From assembly GCA_965219995.1 (NCBI GenBank), contig CBDCOX010000002.1:4960001-5024000 (forward strand): 64,000 nt of DNA, in the 5' to 3' direction. This stretch comes from Candidatus Latescibacterota bacterium (GTDB lineage: Bacteria > Latescibacterota > UBA2968 > GCA-2709665). The translations under genes and the position numbers were made by a program. The first letter of the stretch is position 1. Each line of letters begins with the position of its first letter. The notes under the pieces were generated by a model, which saw nothing but the letters and a program-made list of their open reading frames with translations, was not told where the DNA came from and did not search any database. Positions 41,933 to 51,111 of this stretch are shown one piece after another.

Positions 41933-42886
41933 ATGACGTTTCGGGAGCTTGGACGAACGGGAATTCGGATCTCGGAAGTGGGGTTGGGATGCTGGCCGAT
42001 CGGTGGTGCGTCATTCCGCGGAGGCAGCCCCACCGGCTGGTCCGGTGTGGATGTCATGGGGTCGATTGAGACCGTCCGCCGTTCCTGGGCGCGCGGTGTG
42101 ACATTCTATGATACAGCGGATGCGTACGGCCGCGGCAAGAGCGAGGTGCTGGTGGGACTGGGCTTGTACGAGAACAAGAACGATGCCGTGATCTGCACCA
42201 AGGTCGGGATGAGTCTCGCGGCGCCGGGGCAGGATTTCTCCGAACCGTATATCCTTGGCGCGCTGGACGCGAGTCTTACGCGCCTGGAGCGCGATACCGT
42301 GGATCTGTATCTGTTGCACGGCCCGCCGCTGGCGGGGATGACCGACGCCCTGTTCGGGTTGATGAGAGACCTGAAGGGGTCGGGCAAGATTCGTGCGTGG
42401 GGCGTTTCGATCAGTCCGGTCGAAACCTCCGACGTGGTTGTGGAGGAAGGGTTGCGCGCGATGGAGGGCGGCGCCGAGGCGATTCAACTGGTGTACAACA
42501 TCCTTCAGCAGAAGGAGGGCGACGCCCTGTTTCCCGCGGCGCAGGAAAAGGGCGTGGGCATGATCGCGCGGGTGCCGCTGGCTTCCGGCTGGCTGACGGG
42601 AAAGTACAATGAACGTACCGAGTTTCCCGCGAACGACCTGCGGAGTATCAGATATACTTCCGAAAGGGTGAGAGAGACGGCGGCGCAGGTCGAAAAGCTG
42701 AATTTTCTGCTGGAGGAGGCGGATTCGATGGTCGACGCGGCGCTGCGGTTCGTCCTTTCGAATCCCGCGGTTTCCACGGTCATTCCGGGGGCGAAGACGC
42801 CCGCACAACTGGACGACATCGTCAACGCGGCCGGGAAGACATTGTCGGCCGGCGCCCTGGATCGGGTCCGGGAACTGTTCGGCTGA
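41933..42886 (+). CDS. Aldo/keto reductase
   Basis: LGRTG..ISE.GLG.W, YDTADAYG, RVPLASG.LTGK, VIPGAKT. Confidence 0.9.
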   Translation: MTFRELGRTGIRISEVGLGCWPIGGASFRGGSPTGWSGVDVMGSIETVRRSWARGVTFYDTADAYGRGKSEVLVGLGLYENKNDAVICTKVGMSLAAPGQDFSEPYILGALDASLTRLERDTVDLYLLHGPPLAGMTDALFGLMRDLKGSGKIRAWGVSISPVETSDVVVEEGLRAMEGGAEAIQLVYNILQQKEGDALFPAAQEKGVGMIARVPLASGWLTGKYNERTEFPANDLRSIRYTSERVRETAAQVEKLNFLLEEADSMVDAALRFVLSNPAVSTVIPGAKTPAQLDDIVNAAGKTLSAGALDRVRELFG

Positions 42887-42927
42887 CTCGCGGGACAGGT
42901 AAACCACTCCCACCCATCCCCTCCCCT

Positions 42928-43182
42928 AAAGGCGGTGAGACGGGAGAGGGTAGACGGGAGATGATGTGAGTGCTCTATGGTGTCTCTTGTCGTTACGATA
43001 GCGGTAGATAAACAGGCACGGTTTATGCGGAAACACTGCTGTAAATGTCTTCATCTACCGTCTCCCGTCTTACGTCTCACCGGTTTTGTTGCCCCGTGCG
43101 GTTTTATTTCTTGCCGGAGGCATTAAGGAATAACCATTCGGGCACGGATGTCATCTAACGTCTTGCGTCTCACGTCTCACCA
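42928..43182. repeat. Mosaic intergenic element
   Basis: Left arm, degenerate core, right arm, then intact core (TCTTGCCGGAGGCAT...CCATTCGGGCA) and right arm. Confidence 0.82.
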
Positions 43183-43275
43183 AAATCAGGAGGCCATACC
43201 GCCGGGAGGCGGGATGTATCACCGGGCGAATGGTGACGTGTTCTTGTGGAAAATCAACAGGGGAGGGTTGCTGAT

Positions 43276-44259
43276 ATGGTCGGATTCGCGGTGGTCGGCC
43301 TGGGAATGGGACAAAACCGGTCAAGACTGATTCGCGCCACGGACGGTGCGGAGTTGAAGGTCGTGGTGGACCTGGACCGAGCGCGCCTGGAAAAGGTGAG
43401 TTCCGAACTGGGTGTGGAGGGTACAACGGACCTGAACGCGGCGCTGGACCGGGCGGACGTGGACGTGGTGATGGTGATGACGCCCAGCGGGACCCACGCC
43501 GACCTGGGCATTCAGGCGGCGCGCGCGGGCAAACACGTGATCACGACCAAGCCCATGGACGTGTCGACCGACGCGTGCGACCGATTGATCGCGGCCTGCG
43601 ACGAGGCCGGCGTGCTCTGCGGCGTGGACTACCAGAGCCGGTACGTCGACAACAACTGGCGCGTGGCCGAGGCGCTGAGGCGGGGCTGGCTCGGCAAGCC
43701 CATTCTCGGCGAGGTGCGTTTCAAGTGGTTCCGGGCGGCGTCCTATTTCGAGGCAAGCGGCGGCTGGCGCGGGACGTGGAAGATGGACGGGGGCGGATCG
43801 CTCGCCAACCAGGGGGCGCACCTTCTGGACGTGCTGTGCTGGTTTATGGGCGACGCGGTTTCGGTCTATGGTGAAATGGCCGTCATGAACCACGAGATCG
43901 AAACGGAGGATATCGGGCTTGCGATCGTGAATTTCGTGAGCGGCGCGAAAGGCACGATTGTCGGCACGACAACGTTTCCGTCGAGCGCGTATTTCAGCGC
44001 CGAAGTTCACGGATCGGACGGCGGGGTGTTGATCGACGACGTGCTTACCGGCAAGATGCGGGTGTTCGGCGAGGGCCTGCAGGAGCGGCTGGCGACGGTG
44101 GAGAATCCACTTCAGAATATCGTGGAGGACGTGGTCAGCGCCGTGGAGAGAAAAACGCAGCTTCGGGTCGACGGACGGGAGGGCCGCCGGACAGTGGCGC
44201 TGCTGGAGGCCGTCTACAAGTCGGCGCGGGAGGGCCGGCCGCTTCAGGTTGGCGCGTGA
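43276..44259 (+). CDS. Gfo/Idh/MocA oxidoreductase
   Basis: VVGLGMG, TPSG.H, TTKPMD, WRGTW..DGGG.L.NQG.H. Confidence 0.88.
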   Translation: MVGFAVVGLGMGQNRSRLIRATDGAELKVVVDLDRARLEKVSSELGVEGTTDLNAALDRADVDVVMVMTPSGTHADLGIQAARAGKHVITTKPMDVSTDACDRLIAACDEAGVLCGVDYQSRYVDNNWRVAEALRRGWLGKPILGEVRFKWFRAASYFEASGGWRGTWKMDGGGSLANQGAHLLDVLCWFMGDAVSVYGEMAVMNHEIETEDIGLAIVNFVSGAKGTIVGTTTFPSSAYFSAEVHGSDGGVLIDDVLTGKMRVFGEGLQERLATVENPLQNIVEDVVSAVERKTQLRVDGREGRRTVALLEAVYKSAREGRPLQVGA

Positions 44260-44325
44260 TTGACGGTTCGTACGATCGTTTCCGTGTCCGCAATCTTCCT
44301 GTCGATTCCACGTATCATGTTCGTC

Positions 44326-44934
44326 TCACGTCGATGGAGAGTCGAGCCTGGCAACGCCGACCATCGCGTCGCGCGTGACGAGCGGGACAAGCGCTTCCTC
44401 GCTGAAGCCCTCCGTGCCGCCGGGACGTTCCGGGAGGACCATATAGCGGAGATCCGAGTTGCTGTCCCAGACGCGGACTTCCACCGAATCGGGCAGATGA
44501 AGGTCGAACTCCTTCAGTACGGCTCGGGGTTCCCGGACGAGTCGGGAGCGGTAGGCGTAGGACTTGTACCATCCGGGCGGCAGGCCGAGCAGCTGCCAGG
44601 GATAACAGGAGCACAGGGTGCAGACCACAACGTTGTGGACCTCCGGCGTGTTTTCCAGAACGACGATCTCAGCGCCGTCCTTGCCGCTGAAGCCCAGTTC
44701 TGCGATCGCCGCCCTGCCGTTTTCCAGCAGTCTCCGCCTGTAGTCCGGGTCCGTCCAGGCGCGGGCCACCACTCTGGCGCCGTTGAGCGGGCCGATGTCG
44801 TTTTCGTACCTGTTCACGACTTCATCGATGAGTTCGGTCGTGACCAGCCCCTTTTCAACCAGGAGCGATTCCAGCGCTCGTGTGCGCAGCGCCGCGTCGG
44901 ACCCGCCCGGGACCGTTTCTTCCTGTCTGCTCAT
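44326..44934 (-). CDS. nthA: Nitrile hydratase alpha subunit, cobalt type
   Basis: Metal motif [10 protein letters not shown] (T/Y marks Co type), [19 protein letters not shown]. Confidence 0.95.
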   Translation of the reverse strand: MSRQEETVPGGSDAALRTRALESLLVEKGLVTTELIDEVVNRYENDIGPLNGARVVARAWTDPDYRRRLLENGRAAIAELGFSGKDGAEIVVLENTPEVHNVVVCTLCSCYPWQLLGLPPGWYKSYAYRSRLVREPRAVLKEFDLHLPDSVEVRVWDSNSDLRYMVLPERPGGTEGFSEEALVPLVTRDAMVGVARLDSPST

Positions 44935-44964
44935 GGCAATGGACCCTCTCTGTTCCGGATGCGA

Positions 44965-45636
44965 TTACACGGGTTCGAGGTAGCTTTCCCACATGTCCAG
45001 ATACAATGCGTTTCGGGCTTCGGCCGACTCCCCCCACAATTCGCGGGATGCGAAGCGCACGGCATACAGCGATTGCTCGCGGCGCAAGCACCCCTCGGGC
45101 AGTTCGGCGTCCTGAAGGTCGTGGATTCCGTAAAAGCGCGTGATCGTTCCCGTTTTTCCCCGGACGTAACGTGGAAGCCGCGTGTGCCCTTCGGGGTGGA
45201 TGTTCAGCGCCCGTACCCGGTCGCCCTTTTGAAATTGCGGCCGGACGTCCGCTTGCGACGGCGTGTTTACAGCCGGTCTTCGACTCGCGAGGTCAGCGCG
45301 GACGCCATCCGGGTCGGGGTGGACCGGTGTTTCGGCGCTCGGACTCTTCCGGAACAGCGCCATTCTCGTTTCCAGCTCATCCGCCGTGAGCGCACCGGCA
45401 TCGATCAGGCCCTTGACCCTGGAGTGCAGCCACTTTTCGTAATAGGTGGACGACAGGTAATGTGCAGGATCCATATTTTCGATGTTGTTGCGCGAACCTC
45501 CGGGAACGGGCACGGGTGTGGCCACGGCCATTCCCAGTACGCGCCGTTCCCACTCGTGATGGAACAGGGGTTCGTTTTCTTCGCGTACGACCGGGCCGAA
45601 TCCGTGCATCCCGCCCATATCGTGTATGCCGTCCAT
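44965..45636 (-). CDS. nthB: Nitrile hydratase beta subunit
   Basis: MDGIHDMGGMHGFG, YYEKW, GHTRLP.Y.RGK.G, ELWG, D.WESYLE. Confidence 0.95.
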   Translation of the reverse strand: MDGIHDMGGMHGFGPVVREENEPLFHHEWERRVLGMAVATPVPVPGGSRNNIENMDPAHYLSSTYYEKWLHSRVKGLIDAGALTADELETRMALFRKSPSAETPVHPDPDGVRADLASRRPAVNTPSQADVRPQFQKGDRVRALNIHPEGHTRLPRYVRGKTGTITRFYGIHDLQDAELPEGCLRREQSLYAVRFASRELWGESAEARNALYLDMWESYLEPV

Positions 45637-45722
45637 CGCTGCCCCCTTCGGCCCCGGTTTTCACGCGAGTCGGGTTTGGACGCGGATCGACCGAGTGTCC
45701 TGTGCCCTGCCGGATCTTTCGA

Positions 45723-46433
45723 TCAGGCGCTTCTTGTGTCGTTTCCGTCGTACACGACGTTGCCGCGGACACGAATGCGCTTGGGGTTTGGCACATCGGA
45801 CAGCTCGTCCACGCTGTGGTATCCGATGGTCATGCTCATCCGCGTGCCGTCTGTCCGGTTTTCTCCGATGCCGTGGATAATCATGCTGTCGACAACCAGC
45901 ATGCCGCCCGCGGGCATGGGCACGACCACGGCCTGGTGGATGAGGTCCCGCGTCGGCCCGTGGTTGTGAAGGCGACCTTCGATGCCGGGAAAGTGGTGGG
46001 TACCGGGCACGATGAGCGTGGCGCCGTTTTCGGCCGTCGTTTCTTCCAGATAGAAAATCACGGTGAAGATCGTGCGGGACCACTGCCGTACGTCGCGATG
46101 GAAGCCGTCGGGCCCGGTCTCAACCGAGGTGTTCAGGGTCGCGTGGTTGTGCCGGTTCTTGACAAGTTCGATATTGGGCCCCATCAGACACGTCAGGGGG
46201 TCGAGAACGAGGGGGCTGGACGCGGTTTCCAGGAATATGGGGTCTCTGTCCACCAGGTCCGAAATCCGCACCACCCGCCCCGCGCTGTTCCTGACAACCG
46301 GTTCCACCTCAGCCTCGATATCGGCTCGAATGGTCCTCCGGAGCCTTTCGACCGTGGGTTCGGAAATACGGTCCGGCAGCTTCAAAAAGCCGTTATGGCG
46401 AAACAACTGTATCTGTTCGCGAGTGAGGGCCAT
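45723..46433 (-). CDS. PhyH-family Fe(II)/2OG dioxygenase (HxD)
   Basis: FRHNGF, FHRD, ENGAT..VPGTH, HG.G.N...TR. Confidence 0.88.
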   Translation of the reverse strand: MALTREQIQLFRHNGFLKLPDRISEPTVERLRRTIRADIEAEVEPVVRNSAGRVVRISDLVDRDPIFLETASSPLVLDPLTCLMGPNIELVKNRHNHATLNTSVETGPDGFHRDVRQWSRTIFTVIFYLEETTAENGATLIVPGTHHFPGIEGRLHNHGPTRDLIHQAVVVPMPAGGMLVVDSMIIHGIGENRTDGTRMSMTIGYHSVDELSDVPNPKRIRVRGNVVYDGNDTRSA

Positions 46434-46523
46434 CGCGGGACGATCCGGTTAACAGTCCGTTGGAAGAGTCGCTCTGCAGGCGAGGCCGGCCGCAGACCGG
46501 ATGGACTTTATCAACGGGCTGAA

Positions 46524-46685
46524 GTGTTCTGTCCCGGAAATAAGTTGCCTAAATTCGGCCGTCGAGTCGCCCGGCTCGCAAGGCGCCAGAGCGCAGGCGA
46601 CCTGGCCAGGTCGGCGAGCGAAGGCAACGCCGCGAGACGGGATGAATCGGCGGAAGAATGGTGAGGTATTTTTGGGACAGGACAC
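46524..46685. mobile_element. 162-bp MITE, copy 1
   Basis: TIRs GTGTTCTGTCCC / GGGACAGGACAC with adjacent CTAG; near-identical inverted copy at 53328-53489. Confidence 0.85.
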
Positions 46686-47422
46686 TAGGGTGTCTGTGGA
46701 AAAGGGTGCGGATGACCGATATAGATTCGTTCGCCCGCGACGAGGATTTTCTCCGGGTCTTCTTTGATGACGTCGTGGGCGGCGTGCGTCTGGTAACCCA
46801 GTGTCATACTCCTTCGGGAAACGGTCGAGTTGTTGGTGCCGGAACCGTGGAAGCAGGCGTCGTTGAACAGCAGGACGCCGCCGCGGGGCATGGGCACCGG
46901 GACAGATTTGGCGAATAAGTCGGAGGCCTCGAATTCCCCGCCCGGACGCCGCGGACGCATGAACGGGCGCCGATGGCTTCCCGGCACGATGCGGATGCAG
47001 CCATTGTCCAGAGAGGATTCCTCAAGGTAGATGAGGGCCGTCACCAGTGTCGGCTGGTAGGGTTCTTCCCCGCTGTGCCAGTAGACGTGCTCTGACCCGG
47101 GCGGGCGGACCATGATGTGATTGTGCTTGTTCGTAAGCAATTCGATGTTGGGGCCGAGAATGGACGCGAGTGGATCCAGAACGCAAGGATGGGTTGCCGC
47201 CTGGAGGTATGTACTGTCACGGGAAAGGATCTTCGAGAGCCGACGGACGTCGTCCGGCTCGCGCGAGCCGGTTTTCTCCCAGACAACCGGCTCGACCATC
47301 TCGCGGATCTGTTCGTCGGTCACGGCGTTCAGGCGTTCGACGAGATCGTCCGGCAGGTTTTCCGGAACCGTGTAAAAGCCGTTGTGGTTGAAGTACCAGA
47401 GATCCTCTTCGGTCAGGCCCAA
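46685..47422 (-). CDS. PhyH-family Fe(II)/2OG enzyme with HxG (candidate halogenase)
   Basis: Paralog of 45723-46433 but WHSG replaces HxD; distal His (FHGSG) and 2OG-binding Arg (SRRS) kept. Confidence 0.8.
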   Translation of the reverse strand: MGLTEEDLWYFNHNGFYTVPENLPDDLVERLNAVTDEQIREMVEPVVWEKTGSREPDDVRRLSKILSRDSTYLQAATHPCVLDPLASILGPNIELLTNKHNHIMVRPPGSEHVYWHSGEEPYQPTLVTALIYLEESSLDNGCIRIVPGSHRRPFMRPRRPGGEFEASDLFAKSVPVPMPRGGVLLFNDACFHGSGTNNSTVSRRSMTLGYQTHAAHDVIKEDPEKILVAGERIYIGHPHPFPQTP

Positions 47423-47782
47423 GACAATTCCCCGCGACTTGTGAACGAACGAAACCGGTGAAACCGGGACACGAGCATCTTCGATATGTTATGGCGCTCC
47501 CGGATGCTCTGTCAAGGGTAATCTGGTGTACGATCCGGAGTCAATGGAACATGGGGCCGGCTGCCCCGCGCTCACGGTTTCGGAGCCTCGAGGCCGATCG
47601 TTTTTTACTGTGGCGTGATTCCCGAAAAACGTTATATTATAGTCTGATAGCGCTTGATGTCCACGCGGAACGGGCGGCATCTCATCGATTCGACCCGCCG
47701 GCGTGGACAGACGACCTGCCGCGGTTGTGCGGAGGTTCCTGCAGGCGCGGTCTGATTGTGTGTTCGTCGAAAGGGTTGGTAC

Positions 47783-49630
47783 ATGCCGAATGCGTTGCTG
47801 GTCAGTCCCCAGAATCCCGTGACGTTCTGGAGTTTTGACGAAGCTCTGAAAATGATCGACAAGAAGGTCGCATTCCCGCCGCTGGGACTCCTGACCATCG
47901 CCGGGATGATGCCCGATTCCTATGACCTGCGCATGGTCGATATGAACGTACACCCGTTGATCGACGAGGATCTCGAGTGGGCGGATATCGTGATCACGTC
48001 CACAATGATCATTCACTGGCACTCATTGGAAGACGTGATTGCGCGCTGCAACCGGATCGGGGTTCCCGTCCTGAACGGCGGCCCGCTGCCGACTCAATAT
48101 TACGAAGAAATCGAGGGTAACGGGGTATTTTACCTGGGTGAGGCCGAAAACGGCTTTATGGATATCGTAGACAGGCTCGCCGCCGCTTCAGGAGAGGTCG
48201 ACCGGGAGTACGTGGACCGCCGCGGGAGTTTTCAGGACCTCGCCGTAACGCCGCTGCCCCGCTGGTCCCTCATCGACTTTGACGACTACAGCAATATGGT
48301 AATCCAGGTTACCCGCGGGTGTCCGGAAAGCTGTACCTTCTGCAATATTCCGTCGCTCTACGGAAAAACGACACGACTGAAGAGCAAGAGCAGGATGATT
48401 CAGGAACTCGATGCGCTCTACAACTCGGGATGGCGCGGCGCCGTGATGGCGGTGGACGATAACTTCGTCGGGAATCGGGAGGCCATCCGGCACGCGCTTA
48501 CGGATGAGGTCGTGCCGTGGCAGCAGGAGCGCGGCTATCCGTTTCAGTTCCACACCCAGGCCAGCATTCGCGTCAGCGACGATCCTGAGTTACTTGAGGC
48601 CATGTACAGCGCGGGGTTCGACAAGGTATTCGCCGGAATCGAGTCTCCGGTAGAGGAAAGCCTGAAATTCATGGGCGCTCAGAAGAACCTGCAGGGCAAT
48701 ACGCCGCTCATGGACAAGGTGAAAATCCTGCAGGAGACCGGATTCGAGGTGCAGGCGGGCTTCATCATCGGGTTGGATACCGATCCGGACGATATCGCGG
48801 AACGGACCATCGCCTTCATCCGCGAGGCGGGCATTCCGGTAGCAATGGTGGGCATCCTCGGCGTATTGCGGGATACTCCGGACTACAAGCGGTTCAGCCG
48901 GCAGGGGCGACTGGTGGAAGGCGCGAAGTACACAGGAGATTCCGGTATTTTCAGTCGTGAATTGAGCTACGTCCCGCTGATCGACCCGGAAACGCTGCTT
49001 GACCGGCACCGGAAGACGGTCGAAATCTTGAACAGTCCGCAGGTTTTCTTTGAGCGGTGCCTCACGTTCTTCAATCACCGGAAACGCCAGCCCGTCGGCA
49101 GCATGCCAATCCGGATGCAGGAAGTCAGGGCGTTCTTCCGTTCAATCTGGCGGCAGGGCGTCTGGAACAGGAATTACCGGTCGGAATACTGGAAATTCCT
49201 CTTGCAGGTGCTCTTCAAGCATCCCGCCAGTCTGTCCGACGCGGTGCGGCTGGCCGTCCAGGGCCATCACCTGATTCTGACGACACAGCGCGCGTTGCAG
49301 GTCGATGAAGTGAAGACGTTTCTGGACGAGGCGATCGAGCATCTGCAGCACTTCCGCAATGGCTACCGGGCGGCCTACCGCAAGAACATGGGGGCGTACG
49401 CCAGCCGGCTGATGCGGACGGTTCACGACCGTCTCGAGCATTTTCAGGACGACCACCGGACGCTTCAACAGCACACCGCGGTGTTCCGCGGGGCGGCGCA
49501 GGAGTACTACCAGGCGACCTGCGAGGAGTTCCGGCACCAGATTCACGAGCCGGTAGAACGATTCCAGCAGGATACGGAACAGCTCCTGCAAACCTTCAAG
49601 GCCGAGCGCGCCGCTCTTCAACAATCCTGA
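47783..49630 (+). CDS. B12-binding radical SAM protein (HpnP-like, DUF4070-type C-terminus)
   Basis: PPLGLLT.A, RGCPESCTFC, VDDNF.GN, F.GIE.P, GFIIG.D.D. Confidence 0.88.
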   Translation: MPNALLVSPQNPVTFWSFDEALKMIDKKVAFPPLGLLTIAGMMPDSYDLRMVDMNVHPLIDEDLEWADIVITSTMIIHWHSLEDVIARCNRIGVPVLNGGPLPTQYYEEIEGNGVFYLGEAENGFMDIVDRLAAASGEVDREYVDRRGSFQDLAVTPLPRWSLIDFDDYSNMVIQVTRGCPESCTFCNIPSLYGKTTRLKSKSRMIQELDALYNSGWRGAVMAVDDNFVGNREAIRHALTDEVVPWQQERGYPFQFHTQASIRVSDDPELLEAMYSAGFDKVFAGIESPVEESLKFMGAQKNLQGNTPLMDKVKILQETGFEVQAGFIIGLDTDPDDIAERTIAFIREAGIPVAMVGILGVLRDTPDYKRFSRQGRLVEGAKYTGDSGIFSRELSYVPLIDPETLLDRHRKTVEILNSPQVFFERCLTFFNHRKRQPVGSMPIRMQEVRAFFRSIWRQGVWNRNYRSEYWKFLLQVLFKHPASLSDAVRLAVQGHHLILTTQRALQVDEVKTFLDEAIEHLQHFRNGYRAAYRKNMGAYASRLMRTVHDRLEHFQDDHRTLQQHTAVFRGAAQEYYQATCEEFRHQIHEPVERFQQDTEQLLQTFKAERAALQQS

Positions 49631-49712
49631 TGTCCTGTCTCCCGGACAGGCAGCCTTTCTCCCGCCGATTTCTCCCGTCTCGATACGCCGGGTCGGCCTT
49701 GCACCGGTCGCG

Positions 49713-50927
49713 CTACAGCTTCCAGTATTCGTCGATGTCGCGCTGGTAGGCGTTGACCTTTCCACGGAGCACGTCGTTGACCTTGACGACATCGCGGGAT
49801 TTGCCCGATTCGTAGAGTGCTTCGCTCACCGCCTTGCTGCGCAGGCCTTCCTCCGCATCGATTTCCACGTTGCGCCCGGTGCTGATCGCGTCGATAAAGT
49901 CCCAGAGTTCCAGGGGCATGCCGCCGGTGATGCCATAGGGAAACAGACGTTCTTTCTCTTCATTGCTCAAGCTCTTCCGATACATACCCACAACGCGTTC
50001 CATGCTGTACGAAACGCCATCCAGGAGCTGACATTCGCCGCGAAGAGAGCTTGCGGCCGGATGGAAGATATCGTACTCCACGATGGTTCCCTTACTGCCC
50101 GTAAGATTGAGTTGAAGGAATCCCTTGCCGGGGGCGCTGTTGGTCCAGGACCAGGTGCCGATAACGCCGTTCTTGAAATTGAAGATGCTGGTCCAGAAAT
50201 CTTCTCGTGTGTCGTTGATGATGCGTCGTCCCTTCCGGTGCGGGCGTTTTTCGATCTGCTCCACGCGGGCGTAGACGCTGTCTATTTCGCCGAACCAGTA
50301 GCGCATCGTATCCACCCAGTGGGCGCCGCTGTCCATCACCATGCCGCACCCGCCCAGCCGACGGTCCACGCGCCAGTGCCAGTTCGGGAACTTCTGCGGG
50401 TCCTGCCAGGAAGCGCTGGCAGCCAGCCAGAATCGGGGTTCCCCCAGCAGCCCGCCCGCGTTGAAGGCCCAATGAATTGCGCGCTGTCCGACGCTGCGGC
50501 GGCACTGTTCGGCCGTTGCGGCGATGCGTTTGTGTTTTTTTGACGCGGCGATTATCTTCTTCGTGGCTTTCACCGTGATGCCGATGGGTTTCTCGCAGAG
50601 AATATGCACGCCGCCGGCAAGAAGCTCGCATGCCAGGACGTGATGCAGGCCGTGAGGGCCGCAGATGTCGGCGCCGTCCAGATGTTTCTCGCCGTTGAGC
50701 AGTTCTTCCACGGTCCTGTAGGCGTTTACCGGCTCGCCGGTGTGGCTCTCGATCCGGTCTGCCATGTCTCTGGCGCGTTCCGGGATGTCGTCGACGGCAG
50801 CGACAATGCGAAAACGCGTTTCGTTTTTCTCGAGGAGTTCGGCATATCCCCTGAGGTGCGCGCCGGCAATGCCGCCGCAGCCCACCAGGGCGAGGCTCAC
50901 CCGTCTTCCGTTGGATTGTCCGGCCAT
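49713..50927 (-). CDS. Gfo/Idh/MocA oxidoreductase
   Basis: VGCGGIA..H, CEKPI, D.G.H..D; start MAGQS. Confidence 0.87.
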   Translation of the reverse strand: MAGQSNGRRVSLALVGCGGIAGAHLRGYAELLEKNETRFRIVAAVDDIPERARDMADRIESHTGEPVNAYRTVEELLNGEKHLDGADICGPHGLHHVLACELLAGGVHILCEKPIGITVKATKKIIAASKKHKRIAATAEQCRRSVGQRAIHWAFNAGGLLGEPRFWLAASASWQDPQKFPNWHWRVDRRLGGCGMVMDSGAHWVDTMRYWFGEIDSVYARVEQIEKRPHRKGRRIINDTREDFWTSIFNFKNGVIGTWSWTNSAPGKGFLQLNLTGSKGTIVEYDIFHPAASSLRGECQLLDGVSYSMERVVGMYRKSLSNEEKERLFPYGITGGMPLELWDFIDAISTGRNVEIDAEEGLRSKAVSEALYESGKSRDVVKVNDVLRGKVNAYQRDIDEYWKL

Positions 50928-51006
50928 TCCATTCCTTTCCGTCATGAACGCGATGCAGCGCGGCGGCCGTTTGCGCAGGCGGCCCTGTCTCCTGATTGCG
51001 CGTCCC

Positions 51007-51034
51007 ATATTATCGGGTTCGGGTGATTTGTCAA
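51007..51034 (-). promoter_or_regulatory. Sigma70-type promoter
   Basis: TTGACA, 16-bp spacer, TAATAT on the minus strand. Confidence 0.55.
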
Positions 51035-51111
51035 GTCGTTTGTTCGCGTTGAAACGAGACCCGGCAGACCGGGACAAGACGTGTGAGACTTCACCAGGGA
51101 GGTAAGACAGG

